Assembly (NCBI GenBank): GCA_945862285.1
Contig: CAMAYN010000001.1
Span: forward strand, 1 to 61,990
DNA length: 61,990 nucleotides
From: Akkermansia muciniphila
GTDB taxonomy: Bacteria; Verrucomicrobiota; Verrucomicrobiia; Verrucomicrobiales; Akkermansiaceae
Reading direction: 5' to 3'
The notes under the pieces were generated by a model. It was not told the DNA's origin, made no database searches, and worked only from the letters and a program-made list of their open reading frames with translations. The translations under genes and the position numbers were made by a program. Below are positions 32,296 through 42,044 of this stretch, piece after piece. Each line of letters opens with the position of its first letter. The first letter of the stretch is position 1.

Positions 32296-34926
32296 TCACC
32301 AAGTGCGACGCAAGCGGAAAAATTGTTGCCGCAAAAGCGGTGAAGGAAAAGTGATTTGCCAGAAGTCGCCAATATCAATCATTTCATGATGCAGTGGCAG
32401 CCATGGCGGCGCGAGCGTGGAGGATGTTTCAGGGAACCAATCTGCCTTGGGCCAGGTCAATGACATCATCGCTCCAATCTGTGTGAGTTGGATTTGGGGA
32501 GGTGATTCCTTGACATCGGGAATGAGATTCGCATTCCGATCAAGGCTACGCCACGCGACTTCATGGGTAAAAACTCCAGCAAACGTCATTACGTCTTCGG
32601 CTTGAATTAGTGCCAATAGTTCAGTTCGACTGTAGGACGATTCCTCATCCTCAACGAAATAGCGCGAGAGTGTGGTATCCCAGCGGAAACGTCGTAACGT
32701 GTTGGCGATGCTTCCCCAAGCGACGAGACCGTTAGAGGAAGAGTTAGCACGGGCTTCTAGGGTGGCTAGTTGACTAAGCTGGCTAGCGTGGTTTTTGTTA
32801 GCCGCAGTGATTGTGAGATCGTAGCAGGCGGTAGGCGCCGTGCCAGTATCGAAGGATAAGATAAATGCAGTGAGATGGTTCAGAGCCGTTTGATCTACTG
32901 GATCTTGGTTGATCGTAGAGAGAAAGTAGGGATGGACGATGGGCATGGCATGTCCCGTGCCGTCCGAGCCGAGGCCAAAGCCAGATATGGAGGAAGTTCC
33001 GGGACTAGGATGAAATAGGCCAAAGCGCTGGTACACGGTGCGCAGGGAGGGGTTTTTCATCGGCTGTGATACTTCAACTAGTTCTGGATCATCGATGTTT
33101 TGATTCGTGCCGCTGGGAAGCCCATGACAAACAACACAGTGACTATTGCCGTGATCGAGAAAAACGCCTTTGCCTACTGCTGCATTTCCCTGAGGGAGAT
33201 TTGTGCGAAGTGAGCCGTCGAGAGCTAGGTTCGGGTTGGGCGAGTGGACGATGGAACGCAGGTATTCATTCATGCGGTTCATGGTAGCGGCCGATTGCAG
33301 ATTCCCCCCCATGAGATCGCGAAAGGTAAAATTGAACGATTGGATGGATGGTTTGTCACCACGCCAGTGAAATTTGGTAACAATAGCAGCGGCTGGTTGG
33401 GTTCTTCCGTCTGTAGGGTCGATGGGCCCGGCTTCGTTGGTGTTTAGACCGCGCAGTGTTTGCGTAGTAAGTGGCCCTTTCATCGGATGCAGAGATTGTG
33501 TATAGAGAGAAAAATCATGGGCAGATAGACCAGCACTAGTGACGGAAATCATGTTGCCGCCGGGATCACCAAGATCCCATGCTAAACCATCGCGATCTGC
33601 ATCGATGTGACAAGAAGCGCATGAAATAGTGCCATTTCCCGAGAGGCGCGCATCATAGAGTGCGCCTCGTCCAGCGCGAATGTTGGCAGGCATGGGATCG
33701 ATGGTGCCCAGTGGAATTTCTGAGAGAATCGTTCCATTACTGGGACGAATGGTCGTGAGAGTATCGGAAATTTTATTAACGACATAAATTCGATCGTTGC
33801 CTAACACAATTCCGCGCGGGCCACGCATGGCATCACTGGCGGTGCCTTCGGGACGTAGATCAATGCGGCGAATGATAGCACCCGTATCCAAATGGACTTC
33901 TGCAATGCGATCTGAAGAAAATGCGGCAATCCATGCTGAACTTCCATTGCTTGAGAAGGTAAATGCCATCGGGGCAGCAAGGGCTTTCGCGATACTTGGT
34001 GAATGCGGAGATGTCGCCCGAAGAATTCCTGGATTGAGATCGTGATGGACGATAGTATTCGATGTTAGCGCGACTTTGCTGAGTCGATGTTTGATAAACT
34101 CGCCCTTGAGCTCAGGTTCAAAGCGGATGAGGTTATTCGAGTCGGAGTTGCCGCACCACAACGAGCCATCCGGATGCATGGCGAGCGAAAATAAGTTTGT
34201 GCCCACATCGCTAATCCATCGGGATATTGTATGGTTGCTGGTGTTAATTTCTGCGATGTCTTGATCAAGCACATTCCAAGTCACGCGACTATCATTGGTT
34301 GGCACAATGACTCCCACCCGTGGAGGTGCTGGCAATAATGGGTTAGTAGGAGCAGGCTGAGCGGGGGCACTCAAGTGGTGAAGTATGGTTGTTCGATTTC
34401 CTGAATAAAGACAGGCCACGAAAACTTTTGTGCCGTCTGGACTAGCAGTCATGGCTCGCGGGGCTACGCCATTGATGGGGATTTGCCCAAGAGGCATGCG
34501 CGTTACGGCATCAAAAATGCTGATGACACGAGCTTGTGCAGAGCTAACGAATGCTTTGCCATTGGCAAAAACCACATCTGCTGGCTCATCTGCCACTCGC
34601 AGGGTGTCGATGATGACCCCCTGTGCGAGCGACAGGATTGAAACAGAGTCTGACCCTTCGTTGACAACCCAAACTTCGTCATTTGTGCGGGCTTTCACTG
34701 TTACGGGCGCTGTGGCAAGGGAAATTTCCCTCGTTAGGAGCGGAATCGAGCGAGGCGGATTCCCTACATCAAAGACACTCAAGCTATGCGCGGTGGAATG
34801 CAATGCGAGCAACTTCATCCCATCTGGCGTTAGCGCGACGGGATTCTGCTGCCTAGGCTCCAAATGGGTGTAGCCCCATGCGTATGCCGTAGCGATAAGA
34901 GATAAAATGTAGATGATGAATTTCAT
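32296..34926 (-). CDS. Secreted YncE/YVTN beta-propeller plus di-heme cytochrome c (peroxidase/MauG-like) protein
   Basis: Propeller repeats; CASCH and CVVCH heme motifs; inter-heme FHWRGD; paralog of 35773..38256. Confidence 0.85.
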   Translation of the reverse strand: MKFIIYILSLIATAYAWGYTHLEPRQQNPVALTPDGMKLLALHSTAHSLSVFDVGNPPRSIPLLTREISLATAPVTVKARTNDEVWVVNEGSDSVSILSLAQGVIIDTLRVADEPADVVFANGKAFVSSAQARVISIFDAVTRMPLGQIPINGVAPRAMTASPDGTKVFVACLYSGNRTTILHHLSAPAQPAPTNPLLPAPPRVGVIVPTNDSRVTWNVLDQDIAEINTSNHTISRWISDVGTNLFSLAMHPDGSLWCGNSDSNNLIRFEPELKGEFIKHRLSKVALTSNTIVHHDLNPGILRATSPHSPSIAKALAAPMAFTFSSNGSSAWIAAFSSDRIAEVHLDTGAIIRRIDLRPEGTASDAMRGPRGIVLGNDRIYVVNKISDTLTTIRPSNGTILSEIPLGTIDPMPANIRAGRGALYDARLSGNGTISCASCHIDADRDGLAWDLGDPGGNMISVTSAGLSAHDFSLYTQSLHPMKGPLTTQTLRGLNTNEAGPIDPTDGRTQPAAAIVTKFHWRGDKPSIQSFNFTFRDLMGGNLQSAATMNRMNEYLRSIVHSPNPNLALDGSLRTNLPQGNAAVGKGVFLDHGNSHCVVCHGLPSGTNQNIDDPELVEVSQPMKNPSLRTVYQRFGLFHPSPGTSSISGFGLGSDGTGHAMPIVHPYFLSTINQDPVDQTALNHLTAFILSFDTGTAPTACYDLTITAANKNHASQLSQLATLEARANSSSNGLVAWGSIANTLRRFRWDTTLSRYFVEDEESSYSRTELLALIQAEDVMTFAGVFTHEVAWRSLDRNANLIPDVKESPPQIQLTQIGAMMSLTWPKADWFPETSSTLAPPWLPLHHEMIDIGDFWQITFPSPLLRQQFFRLRRTW

Positions 34927-34950
34927 GGAATTGCCGATCATCAGGCAGAT

Positions 34951-35742
34951 TCAGCACTCTAGCACACGACGGCGACGGCGCAATGTGTAGAGCAAAGCAC
35001 CTCCCATAGAAAGCAACGCTGTACTTGGTTCAGGAACGGTAATGCCAATATTGAAGCCTTTATTGCCCGTTGCGAGACTGGAATCACCGATGTTGCCAAA
35101 AACCACAGTGTAGGAGCCAGCATCGAGCAAGCGTGTTTCTGAAAGACTTGATCCACTACTATTGCTGCCGTTGGTCACAAAGCCGAGAGATGTGATGTTT
35201 TTATCCCATCCGCTGTTGAGAGACATGTTTGTTCCATCGTTGTTGTATGTGTGTGCATTTCCCCAAGTGTGATTCAGCGATTCACCAGCAAAAACAACAA
35301 AGCCGGGGCGCCCGTCGATGCTTTCATTTAATGGCGAAGTGGTAGGATTATCCCACGGAGTCATATCAAACGTCACATAGCTGGCCGCACTTAGCTCAAG
35401 CAGATACCATCTTGAAGTATGCCCCCAGCCTTGAGCGGTTCCTCCTGTTGTGTGGGTATTGCTGACATTCGAGTAGCTCCATCCCCCAGCAGTTATGGTA
35501 GTTGTGTATGTGGCGGAATCAGCATTGGTAAATGATACTTTGGCGAGATAGCCAAAGCGCGCGGTACCAGGTGTGCCATCGTTGACAGTGGTGGGATTCG
35601 CGCCATCCGTATCAACAGCGAGCGGATTGGTGTAACCAGACTTGGTCACGCCATCGAGCGTAAGAAATGTGTTAGTAATGGTAACTGCACCGTGGCTCAA
35701 GGAGCTTGATGCGATTAATGCGAGGATGTGTGTGTATTTCAT
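34951..35742 (-). CDS. PEP-CTERM surface protein, candidate CorA/MopE-like copper-binding protein
   Basis: Signal peptide; C-terminal VPEPSTALL-TM-RRRRR; internal GWGHTSRWY (W106, H108) and AHTYNNDG (H164). The PEP-CTERM call is firm; the copper role is inference. Confidence 0.85.
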   Translation of the reverse strand: MKYTHILALIASSSLSHGAVTITNTFLTLDGVTKSGYTNPLAVDTDGANPTTVNDGTPGTARFGYLAKVSFTNADSATYTTTITAGGWSYSNVSNTHTTGGTAQGWGHTSRWYLLELSAASYVTFDMTPWDNPTTSPLNESIDGRPGFVVFAGESLNHTWGNAHTYNNDGTNMSLNSGWDKNITSLGFVTNGSNSSGSSLSETRLLDAGSYTVVFGNIGDSSLATGNKGFNIGITVPEPSTALLSMGGALLYTLRRRRRVLEC

Positions 35743-35772
35743 ATATTACTGTATTGTTTGTTGTTTCTCGTT

Positions 35773-38256
35773 TCACCAAGTGCGATGAAGGCGAAAAAAT
35801 TGTCGTGCTGGTTTTTCGGGATGATTTTGATAGATCTGCCAGTCAGAAAATGATGAAGAGCATTCGATAAACCAATCAAGATGGTGACTTTCTTTGACTG
35901 GGGAGAGCCATTCATCGATCTCCAATCGTGGTGGTGGAGTGTCTCGATTAAGAACACCATCTCCATTGCGGTCGATGGAGAATCGTTTGCCATTCCCCAA
36001 AGGCACTGCGAGAATGCGCAAGGAAGTGGATCTTTCCTCCAACTGCGCAGGGCTCAGCGCAGATGCATCGAGCGAATCAGGATGATACGTATTCGTAGCT
36101 GGGTGGTATAGAAAGCTAGTTGCCACGCCTTGAATCACGGCATGGGCTACTACATCACAGTGGCCAGCTTGTGCTTGTTGCTGATGAACAGATGAGAGCA
36201 TAGCCGAAACCTTACCAACAATCGGTTTGGTATCCGTCTCTGTACAAAGGAGAAATGCCATGACATCCGCTTCAGCATGGGGAATGGTAGAAAAGACATC
36301 TTGCCCGTATTCATGACCGCGTGGAATGTCATGCCCCGTGCCATCATGGGTGAATCCGTAGCCACTCAGTGTAGTGGCTTGCCAAGGAGTAAAGTGGATC
36401 TTTTTATAAACATGCTCCAAGGTTGAATTTTTAACTGGCTGCCGTGTGAGAACTGCGGAAAAATCGTCGAGTATGTGATTTGTTCCCCGCGCCCCTTCGT
36501 GACATACTGAGCAGACTTGTGCATCGTGAAAATGGCTCTGACCTCTCCGCGGATTCGCGCCAGCAAGTGTGATGGGGAGTGTGTTGTCGATCAATCTGTT
36601 AGGATTGGGGTGATTGCGCAGGGATTCAATGTAGGCGACGACTTTATCCATGTCAGCAGCGGGTAGTTCGCTACCTGCTTGGAGTTTTGCGAAGCTGGAA
36701 TTAAAGCCTTTGATGGTGGCAATGTCACCACGCCAATGGAATGGGCCCGAATTTTTGATGCCGCGTAGTGGCTGGGTAACCATCGGGCCTTTCATGGGAT
36801 GCATGATGCGATTGACCGCTTGTGGTTCTCCGATAGCGATGCCGAAGCCGGTGATGCTGCTCATTCGACCTACAGGATCTCCTAGATCCCATGCAATCCC
36901 ATCAATGTCGGCATCTAAGTGGCATGACCCACAGGCCACTGTGCCATTTCCAGAAAGTCTGGCATCAAAGAAAAATCCTCTGCCTTGTTGTTGGGCGATG
37001 GAAATGGGTTGATGACTAGACCATGGGAATTCCGCTATGACATGGTGCATCTTACCATGGATCAAGGAAATCGTTTGTGAGAGCTTGTTGTAGATCAATA
37101 GGTGTCCCGTCTGCGGATGAATACTGATGCCTCTCGGACCGCGCATTTGTGTAGGAAATGTGCTACGGAGATCAATGCGGGTGGTGATTTTTCCGAAGGA
37201 ATCGATGCGGGCGATGCGATCGGAGGCAAAAGCTGCAAGCCATGCGCCTTCTTCATCCGCCTGTACGGACATCGGTTGCGCGAGTGATAAGGATTTGTTT
37301 TCCTGCGATAATTGTGCCGCCGTAGCATGGGGATTTAAATTCCAAATTTCTGTGCCTTCTTCCGTCATGCGAGCGATTCGACTTTCCGAAAAAATTCCAT
37401 TTAAATTCGGTTCGAAGCGGATGAGGTTCTTTGCCTCTGCGGCTCCCACCCATAAGCTACCGTTCGCACCGCACGAGAGACTGAAAATGTTCGTTCCGAT
37501 ATTCTCTGTGTAACTGACAATTTGCTGAGTCTCTACGTTGATGTGGGCTATGTCGTGATCAATGACATCGTACGGAATCTGCGGATCAGAATCAGGCACC
37601 AGCAGTGCCACCTGTGGTGGTGGCGGAAGATCAGCGAGCCACGGCGCGGGTTGGGCGGGAGCTTGGCGGAAATGCAGCGCCGTGGTGTTATTGCCGGACA
37701 AAAGAACTGCTGCATGGATCATGGATTCATTGGCAGATACAGCCAGAGAGCGCGGAAAATTCCCTGCCACCGGGATCGAGCCAAGAGCTGCTCGCGTTGC
37801 TACATCATAAACGCGAATGCAATTTTGGCGTGCGCAACTGACAAAGGCCATTCCTTTTGCAAAAACGACATCCGCTGGCTCATCATCTACAGCGATGGTT
37901 TCAATGACCTGAAGTTTTGTTAGATCGATGATGCTAATCGAGTCGGAAACCTCATTTACCACCCATGCTTCACGATCATTTACGGCGCGGACGGTCACAG
38001 GTTCGATCCCCACGGGGATTTCTGCAATCAATGTAGGAACATTGTGTGGAGATACCGAATGGAAAACGGACAAGCGCCCCTCGGGGGTGTTGACAGCAAG
38101 CAAGCGATGCCCCGATGGAGTATGGTCGAGAGGATGACATAATCTACCTTCAAAGTGCGTAAAATCTTCACCCCAACACATCAATACAGAACAACACATG
38201 GCCGCAAGGGCTAGTGCATTTACTCTAATGAAAAATTGATTTCGGAGTATTGTCAT
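35773..38256 (-). CDS. Secreted YncE/YVTN beta-propeller plus di-heme cytochrome c protein
   Basis: Propeller repeats; CGSCH and CSVCH; FHWRGD; C-terminus RQFFRLHRTW resembles the paralog's RQQFFRLRRTW. Confidence 0.85.
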   Translation of the reverse strand: MTILRNQFFIRVNALALAAMCCSVLMCWGEDFTHFEGRLCHPLDHTPSGHRLLAVNTPEGRLSVFHSVSPHNVPTLIAEIPVGIEPVTVRAVNDREAWVVNEVSDSISIIDLTKLQVIETIAVDDEPADVVFAKGMAFVSCARQNCIRVYDVATRAALGSIPVAGNFPRSLAVSANESMIHAAVLLSGNNTTALHFRQAPAQPAPWLADLPPPPQVALLVPDSDPQIPYDVIDHDIAHINVETQQIVSYTENIGTNIFSLSCGANGSLWVGAAEAKNLIRFEPNLNGIFSESRIARMTEEGTEIWNLNPHATAAQLSQENKSLSLAQPMSVQADEEGAWLAAFASDRIARIDSFGKITTRIDLRSTFPTQMRGPRGISIHPQTGHLLIYNKLSQTISLIHGKMHHVIAEFPWSSHQPISIAQQQGRGFFFDARLSGNGTVACGSCHLDADIDGIAWDLGDPVGRMSSITGFGIAIGEPQAVNRIMHPMKGPMVTQPLRGIKNSGPFHWRGDIATIKGFNSSFAKLQAGSELPAADMDKVVAYIESLRNHPNPNRLIDNTLPITLAGANPRRGQSHFHDAQVCSVCHEGARGTNHILDDFSAVLTRQPVKNSTLEHVYKKIHFTPWQATTLSGYGFTHDGTGHDIPRGHEYGQDVFSTIPHAEADVMAFLLCTETDTKPIVGKVSAMLSSVHQQQAQAGHCDVVAHAVIQGVATSFLYHPATNTYHPDSLDASALSPAQLEERSTSLRILAVPLGNGKRFSIDRNGDGVLNRDTPPPRLEIDEWLSPVKESHHLDWFIECSSSFSDWQIYQNHPEKPARQFFRLHRTW

Positions 38257-38312
38257 CGGGACATATCGAATCGGACAGCCATTACTATAGCGCGTAACAA
38301 CGATTCGGGAAT

Positions 38313-38327
38313 GTGGCAAAATGCCGC
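38313..38327. promoter_or_regulatory. Putative RegA/RegR/PrrA binding box
   Basis: GTGGCAAAATGCCGC fits the recalled RegA consensus G(C/T)G(G/C)(G/C)(G/A)NN(A/T)(A/T)NNC(G/A)C at every position, in the short divergent promoter between regB and the di-heme operon. Confidence 0.65.
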
Positions 38328-38384
38328 ACGTAGGGACTCTGGAAACACTTGTCCTAGGCTCGATTGTTGTTCATCTTCGCGCCG

Positions 38385-39641
38385 ATGTTTCACCAATCTC
38401 TACCCCACCGGCAATCCGTCAGCATTCGCTGGATTATCCGTATGCGATGGCTCGCGGTGCTTGGGCAATTTGTTGCGGCAGTAGTAGCGTTTTTTCTCTA
38501 CGATGTAAAAGTTCCGTGGTGGCCCATCTCCGCTGTGCTCGCTATGACAGTGGTATCCAATCTCCTTTTTCCCCATCGACCGAAACTCGTTTTACGTGGT
38601 TGGAGTTTATGGCTGGATGTCATTTTACTTACCGTCTTGATTTATTTTACTGGCGGGCCTCACAATCCTTTTACTTCGTTTTATCTGCTACATATCGCGC
38701 TTGCGGCGATGACTTTGTCGGCACGAAATTTATGGTGTCTGGTGGCCGCATGCATCGCGGGCTATAGTTTTTTATTTTTCAATCATCGGCCTGTGATTCT
38801 GGGCGATATGGAAATTAGTAGTGGCTGTGAAAGTTATAGTTGGCATTTACAAGGCATGCTCATCGCCTTCATTGTGACGGCCTGCTTCATCGCGGCATTT
38901 GTCGCAAGGATGCATCGGATTTTGTTAGAGCAAGATGCAGAGCTAGAGTCGGCACGCATTGAGGTGGAAAAAAATGCTCATTTTGCCTCTTTGGTGACGC
39001 TTTCCGCAGGTGTAGCACACGAACTCGGATCGCCATTAGCCACCATCTCGCTCGCGAGTTCAGAGTTATTACGATCTGCCACACCAGAAGTCATCGACGA
39101 TGCACAACTCATCCACTCGCAGGCACAACGCTGCCGCACGATACTCGATCAACTCAACGAGAGGAATACCTTCGGCATTGGCGATCCTTGTGTTGCAATT
39201 ACTGGTGAGACTTTAGAAAAAGCCGTTAGAGAAAAAGCTTCCCCCGATGTTCTTTCACGTCTGAAAGTGAAAATCCTCAAAAATCATCCCTGTAGCTTAC
39301 CAGTAGAATCCATCGTGCAGGCCATGATTATTTTACTCGAAAATGCCGTGCAGGCTGACCAAAGCGATGTCGCTGTGGAATGGCAAATCACTACCAGCGA
39401 AAATGGATGTGTGGTCGAAGTGATCGATGCTGGACCTGCATTGGACACCGCGATTTTACAAAGAGCCAGTGATCCCTTTTTCACCACCAAAGCACCAGGA
39501 GAAGGCATGGGGTTGGGGTTGTTTCTGGTGCAATGCCTCGCGCAACGATTGCGTGGCAAATTTGAAATCACCCGCTCGGCTTCGGGGCGCACCCATGCGC
39601 GATTGCTTCTTCAATCACCTCCATCTACGCATGCACCATGA
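38385..39641 (+). CDS. regB: RegB/PrrB/ActS-family redox sensor histidine kinase
   Basis: RMRWLAV.GQ, quinone-binding GGxxNPF (TGGPHNPF), H-box AHELGSPL, redox Cys in QRCRTIL, and GMGLGL. Confidence 0.85.
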   Translation: MFHQSLPHRQSVSIRWIIRMRWLAVLGQFVAAVVAFFLYDVKVPWWPISAVLAMTVVSNLLFPHRPKLVLRGWSLWLDVILLTVLIYFTGGPHNPFTSFYLLHIALAAMTLSARNLWCLVAACIAGYSFLFFNHRPVILGDMEISSGCESYSWHLQGMLIAFIVTACFIAAFVARMHRILLEQDAELESARIEVEKNAHFASLVTLSAGVAHELGSPLATISLASSELLRSATPEVIDDAQLIHSQAQRCRTILDQLNERNTFGIGDPCVAITGETLEKAVREKASPDVLSRLKVKILKNHPCSLPVESIVQAMIILLENAVQADQSDVAVEWQITTSENGCVVEVIDAGPALDTAILQRASDPFFTTKAPGEGMGLGLFLVQCLAQRLRGKFEITRSASGRTHARLLLQSPPSTHAP

Positions 39642-40162
39642 ATATTTTACTCGCCGATGATGATGAAGCCTATCGACTGCGCCTCGCCCGCGCACTCCAG
39701 GCGCGTGGTCATGTGGTCGTCAGTGCGCGCGATGGCGCAGAAGCGCTCCAGTTCAGCAATGACCCTGCGATTGAGGTGGCGATTCTTGATTTAAAAATGC
39801 CGCATCATAGTGGCATCGATGTTTTGCGTTCCATCATGCAATCGCGGCCAGAGATGCGCGTGCTCATCCACACAGGCTACGGCAGCATTGCTTCGGCCAT
39901 GGAAGCGGTGCGGCTTGGAGCCATCGACTACCGCATCAAACCGACTGACGTCGATGCGCTACTCGCCGCTTTTGAGACCGATGGGTCGGAGGCGGAATCG
40001 GAATCACCGCTCGTAGCACCGAGCTTGGAGCGGGTCGAATGGGAACACATCCAGCGGGTGATGGCGGATTGCCAAGGAAACATCAGCGAAGCGGCACGTG
40101 TGCTTGGGTTGCATCGTCGGTCTTTGCAAAGAAAGCTACAAAAATACCCCCCGCTGCGCTGA
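39638..40162 (+). CDS. regA: RegA/PrrA/ActR-family response regulator
   Basis: Receiver domain plus the diagnostic VEWEHIQRV..C.GNISEAAR.LG.HRRSLQRKL HTH. Confidence 0.9.
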   Translation: MNILLADDDEAYRLRLARALQARGHVVVSARDGAEALQFSNDPAIEVAILDLKMPHHSGIDVLRSIMQSRPEMRVLIHTGYGSIASAMEAVRLGAIDYRIKPTDVDALLAAFETDGSEAESESPLVAPSLERVEWEHIQRVMADCQGNISEAARVLGLHRRSLQRKLQKYPPLR

Positions 40163-40213
40163 AGATTTTTACATAGGCTCGCAAATCAAAAAGTGAAAAT
40201 CCCCATCCTTTTC

Positions 40214-41617
40214 TCAGCTACGCTCGACAGCTTGTGCTACTTGTAGCAACAGGGCTTCTTGCATGTGCGGGGTGATGATTTGTAGGCCGATGGGAAGCGG
40301 CGATGTAGGCAATGGCACGGAAATCGCGGGCAGTCCAGCGAGGTTCACAGGGATGGTGCAAACATCCGCCATGTAATCTTCTAACGGATTCGTGCAGCCA
40401 CCGATGAGGCGAGCGGGTGTTGGTGCCACAGGAGATAGGAGGGCATCAACTTTTTCAAAAGCTTGATCAAAGTCGCGACGGATCAGAGTGCGGACTTTTT
40501 GCGCCTTGGTGTAGTAGGCATCGTAGTAGCCAGAGGAAAGCACGTAGGTTCCTAAAATGATCCGCCGTTTAACTTCTGGGCCAAAACCTTCTTCGCGGGA
40601 GCGTTCGTAGAGGGATAAAATATCGGCAGGCGCGGATGCGCGATGACCGTAGCGTATGCCGTCGAAACGCGATAAATTCGATGATGCTTCAGCGGGTGCG
40701 ATGATGTAATAAGTAGCAACGGCGTAAGAGGTGTGTGGCAGAGAAACATCGATGATTTCGGCACCTTGATTCGCAAGTTGATCGATGGCTTTTTGCACAG
40801 CGGCGCGGACGGCGGGGTCGAGACCATCGGAGAAATATTCTTTCGGCAAGCCGAGTCGCAGGCCTTTGACACCTTTTTGTAAGTTGGCAGAAAAATCGGG
40901 CACAGCTACGGGAAGGGAAGTCGAATCTTGTGGGTCATGCCCAGCGATGGCTTGAAGCACCAGTGCGGCATCGGCAACTGAGCGCGTCATCGGACCGATT
41001 TGGTCAAGCGAAGAAGCGAAGGCGACGAGACCATAGCGGGAAACGCGCCCGTAGGATGGCTTTAAGCCAACGATGCCACAATGCGAGGCGGGTTGGCGAA
41101 TGGAGCCGCCGGTATCGGAACCAAGGGCAGCGGGGACGAAGTTTGCGGCAACGGCGGCGGCAGAGCCACCGGAAGAACCACCGGGGATGTGGTCAGGCGC
41201 TACGGGGTTGATGGTGCGGCGTAGGGCGGAATTTTCGGTAGAAGATCCCATGGCGAACTCGTCCATATTGGTACGGCCAAAGCAGATGGCACCAGCGGCA
41301 CGGAGTTTTTTAGTAACGCCAGCGTCATAGGGGGAAATGTATTTATTTTCTAACATTTTCGAGCCGCACGTACAAGGCTGGCCTAGAACGTTGATGTTGT
41401 CTTTGATCCCGATGGGCAGTCCACCTAAGGGTTGGGTGATGTCAGCATCGCGGGCGGCGGCGAGAATGGCTTCGGCATCAAGGGACAGAAAAGCCCCGAA
41501 GGAGGTGTCTTGTTGGGCGACGGCGGCGAGGCAGGATTCTGCGATATCGAGCGCGGAGAACTCGCCTTGTGTTAGACCGGCGCGGAGTTCAGTGAGTGTT
41601 TGCGTGTGAAGAGACAT
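40214..41617 (-). CDS. gatA: Asp-tRNA(Asn)/Glu-tRNA(Gln) amidotransferase subunit A
   Basis: IKDNI, NMDEFAMGSSTE, GGSSGGS, SDTGGSIRQPA and EVKRRIILGTYVLS. Confidence 0.97.
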   Translation of the reverse strand: MSLHTQTLTELRAGLTQGEFSALDIAESCLAAVAQQDTSFGAFLSLDAEAILAAARDADITQPLGGLPIGIKDNINVLGQPCTCGSKMLENKYISPYDAGVTKKLRAAGAICFGRTNMDEFAMGSSTENSALRRTINPVAPDHIPGGSSGGSAAAVAANFVPAALGSDTGGSIRQPASHCGIVGLKPSYGRVSRYGLVAFASSLDQIGPMTRSVADAALVLQAIAGHDPQDSTSLPVAVPDFSANLQKGVKGLRLGLPKEYFSDGLDPAVRAAVQKAIDQLANQGAEIIDVSLPHTSYAVATYYIIAPAEASSNLSRFDGIRYGHRASAPADILSLYERSREEGFGPEVKRRIILGTYVLSSGYYDAYYTKAQKVRTLIRRDFDQAFEKVDALLSPVAPTPARLIGGCTNPLEDYMADVCTIPVNLAGLPAISVPLPTSPLPIGLQIITPHMQEALLLQVAQAVERS

Positions 41618-41656
41618 GGTGGGCAGGCTTGGTGAGGATGCGAAATGGAGAACGGA

Positions 41657-41950
41657 TTAGGCATCGGCGATCACTTTAGGAACGCGGATTTGTTGCTGAG
41701 CGTGGTCTGGGGCATTTTGGATCAAAGCTGATGCGGGCAAACTCGTGCCTGGTGTATCATCGCGCATCGGAGCAGAGACGGTCATAGCATTTGCCGTGGG
41801 TTCGATCCCACTGACATCGAGTGCGGAAAGTTCTTCCATATAGCCAAGGATCTCATCGAGTTGCTGGGTGTAAGAGAAGACTTCTTCCTCAGATAATTCA
41901 AGGCGAGCAAGTCGGGCAATGCGGTGGACATCGATGTGCGGCTGAGACAT
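41657..41950 (-). CDS. gatC: Amidotransferase subunit C
   Basis: IARLARLEL, DVSGIEPT, R.D and NAP...VPKVI; directly upstream of gatA. Confidence 0.93.
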   Translation of the reverse strand: MSQPHIDVHRIARLARLELSEEEVFSYTQQLDEILGYMEELSALDVSGIEPTANAMTVSAPMRDDTPGTSLPASALIQNAPDHAQQQIRVPKVIADA

Positions 41951-42044
41951 GCGAGGACAGTAGAAGGGCAGGGGAGTCCTGCCAAGCATTTTGATCAACA
42001 AGTGTTGTTAGTATTCTTGAAAAGTCAATGATTGCCCAAATGTA

